Positions 62,197 to 64,000 of a DNA stretch of 64,000 nt are shown here, one piece after another (the first letter of the stretch is position 1; each line of letters begins with the position of its first letter). A program made the translations under genes and the position numbers. This DNA comes from Camelus dromedarius (Eukaryota): positions 9,424,001 to 9,488,000 of the forward strand of contig NC_087456.1 of the NCBI RefSeq assembly GCF_036321535.1, read 5' to 3'. Below the pieces are notes generated by a model that was not told where the DNA came from, did no database searches, and saw only the letters and a program-made list of their open reading frames with translations.

Positions 62197-64000
62197 TTAC
62201 AGGAAAGAAACCTGGAAAGATAACTAGAAAAGGAAACCAAAAACATCTGAGACATGGAGATAAAATAGATTGGAAACTAACAGATGTCAAAACATGATGT
62301 AAATTTACTTATACCAGAAGTGTGCTGTACAATGAAAAGAAAATAGGAATTCAGTTAAAATATAACTTCCTAGAGGTTTGGAGATTTGGGGATGTCAAGA
62401 CCGAACTTAGCAAGACTGCTACGCCAGTAACAGCATTGGTGAAAGAGATTACCTGTGAACACCTGCTTTCTCCACCACAGAACCCTGTAGATCCCAAGCT
62501 AGGCTGAACAATTCCAGCATGGGTTAGCCCGGATGCATCTGCTTCTGACCTGAGTTGCTAATTTCTCTGCCTTTACTCTAGGTGTCCTGCTTAAGTATGT
62601 GCCGACTTAGTCTAGGAGATCATCAACCCCTTTCCATTATCAGCCTCCGTATATGAATGTCAGATAATAGCTGGTAGTAGCCTGGTGCTCTTAGACGTGG
62701 GTTTAATTTTGCAAAAATAATGGAGGCTTTCTTCTCCTCTGAGACCTGGTACCACGCTTCATTCCCTTCTGCCCAGCGTTACCAGCGCGGCTTCTGACAG
62801 CCTTGGTGAGAGGGCACTGCCTGCTGGTGCAGGATTGCCAGGTACTGGCGGGGCAGCTCGAGCTCCCCTTTCACTCAAACCCTCTGCGAAGCAGCTGCCT
62901 GGCCTTCTAAGCTCCTGGCTTCACCAGTTTAACTGGTTCTACTCCATGCATGCACAGTCACTGAGACGTTTTCCAAATTACTTATAATTTATGCTCTAGT
63001 CACTACAAATGCGTTGTCTCAGGCCAACTCCAACTCCCTACCCAGAGGCCTTAAGCAGGCAGCATAGTCAGAGCTGGGGCCACAGGCACCACAGTCACTC
63101 CCAAGGAGGAAGCTATTGCCCAGAATCATGCTGTGGCTGCTAATAAAGTCACGTCAGCAATGGTTTGGCTTAAATACCAGTTACTTAAGGTATCTTTTAC
63201 AGTTTTGCATAGATGAGAACTTACCACGGTGCTATGCACACGGGTGCCATCAGCACTATTCCAAGAATGTGCACCGTCACCACGATAGTTCATACATCTG
63301 TACCCTAGGGCTCTAAAATTCCATGGTGTGATGTGTTCTTAGTTCTGAAGCGTTCAGGGTGTGTCTCTTTTCATCCTCTGTCTGACCTGGCAGTTAGAAG
63401 AGGGAGACAGCGTGGGGGTTAAGAGGACAGGAAGTTCCCCGTTCTCTGGTTCCTCTACCACTTCAGGCCACCTCCAAGTCTTTGCAGCCTCCTCATTTCA
63501 GCCTCCTTCCAGGGAAACTCTGTTGCTTCAATTCCCAGGGTGCAGTGGGTCATCTGGAAAATGAGGTTTTATTCTGTGGCGGTGCAGACGGTGCAGATAC
63601 ACACCCTCACAGACCAGCGCCAATAAAGGGGAAGAATTATTACCCTCCAGGTTTTTTTGTTTTCTCTTCTTCTCTGTCTTATCAAACAATTTTACCATTA
63701 AGTAGAATTTTTTCCTCAAAGATTTTTACTTTGTACCAACCACAGTGAATGAAACTAAAGGGAAAGAAAACTCTGCAGGCACCGGAGCATCGTTGGTTAC
63801 TCACACAGCTCTGGCTTTTTCTGCTGAGTCAAGCTGGGTTTGTTTGTTCTCGGCCCCATCAATGCACGTACATAGGTACAGCCAGGGAGATGTGGGATCA
63901 CACCGAAGGAAAGTTTTATACAAGACCAGAAAGATACGCTCTCTATCCAGTGAAACACGGAGATAAAAACCCTTTGTACTTAAAACCTCTTTCATCTTAG

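Noticed and set aside
1-64000. CRISPR array, prokaryotic defence system, rRNA, numt or intact ERV gag/pol/env
   Set aside because: No regularly spaced repeat-spacer array, operon-like ORF density, rRNA or mitochondrial motif, or retroviral protein motif was seen. The sequence is mammalian non-coding DNA.

Overview
Mammalian genomic DNA, most likely camelid (Camelus/Vicugna/Lama). The evidence is a tRNA-Ala-derived vic-1-type SINE and cetartiodactyl-type L1 3' ends, with no Alu, B1, BovB, PRE-1 or Can-SINE seen. The window is gene-poor and repeat-rich: MIR, L2, L1, MaLR (MLT1) LTRs, two ERV1-class solo LTRs, hAT MITEs, microsatellites and five N-gaps. No intact recognisable protein-coding gene, rRNA, functional tRNA or CRISPR array is present. 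The only ORF with a recognisable product is an L1 ORF2 remnant (23149-23727). The best non-repeat signals are: (i) two well-formed minus-strand exons at the left edge (312-360 and ~1015-1070) with a promoter-like motif cluster; (ii) repeat-free blocks at 6.8-7.4 kb and 9.6-11.0 kb that look like decayed minus-strand coding exons, possibly an unprocessed pseudogene; (iii) a 62-bp locally templated insertion inside an MLT1 LTR; (iv) a back-to-back pair of solo ERV1 LTRs; (v) several enhancer-like motif clusters. Repeat family names are from visual recall of consensus motifs, not from a database search. No clearly novel biological system can be established from the sequence alone.
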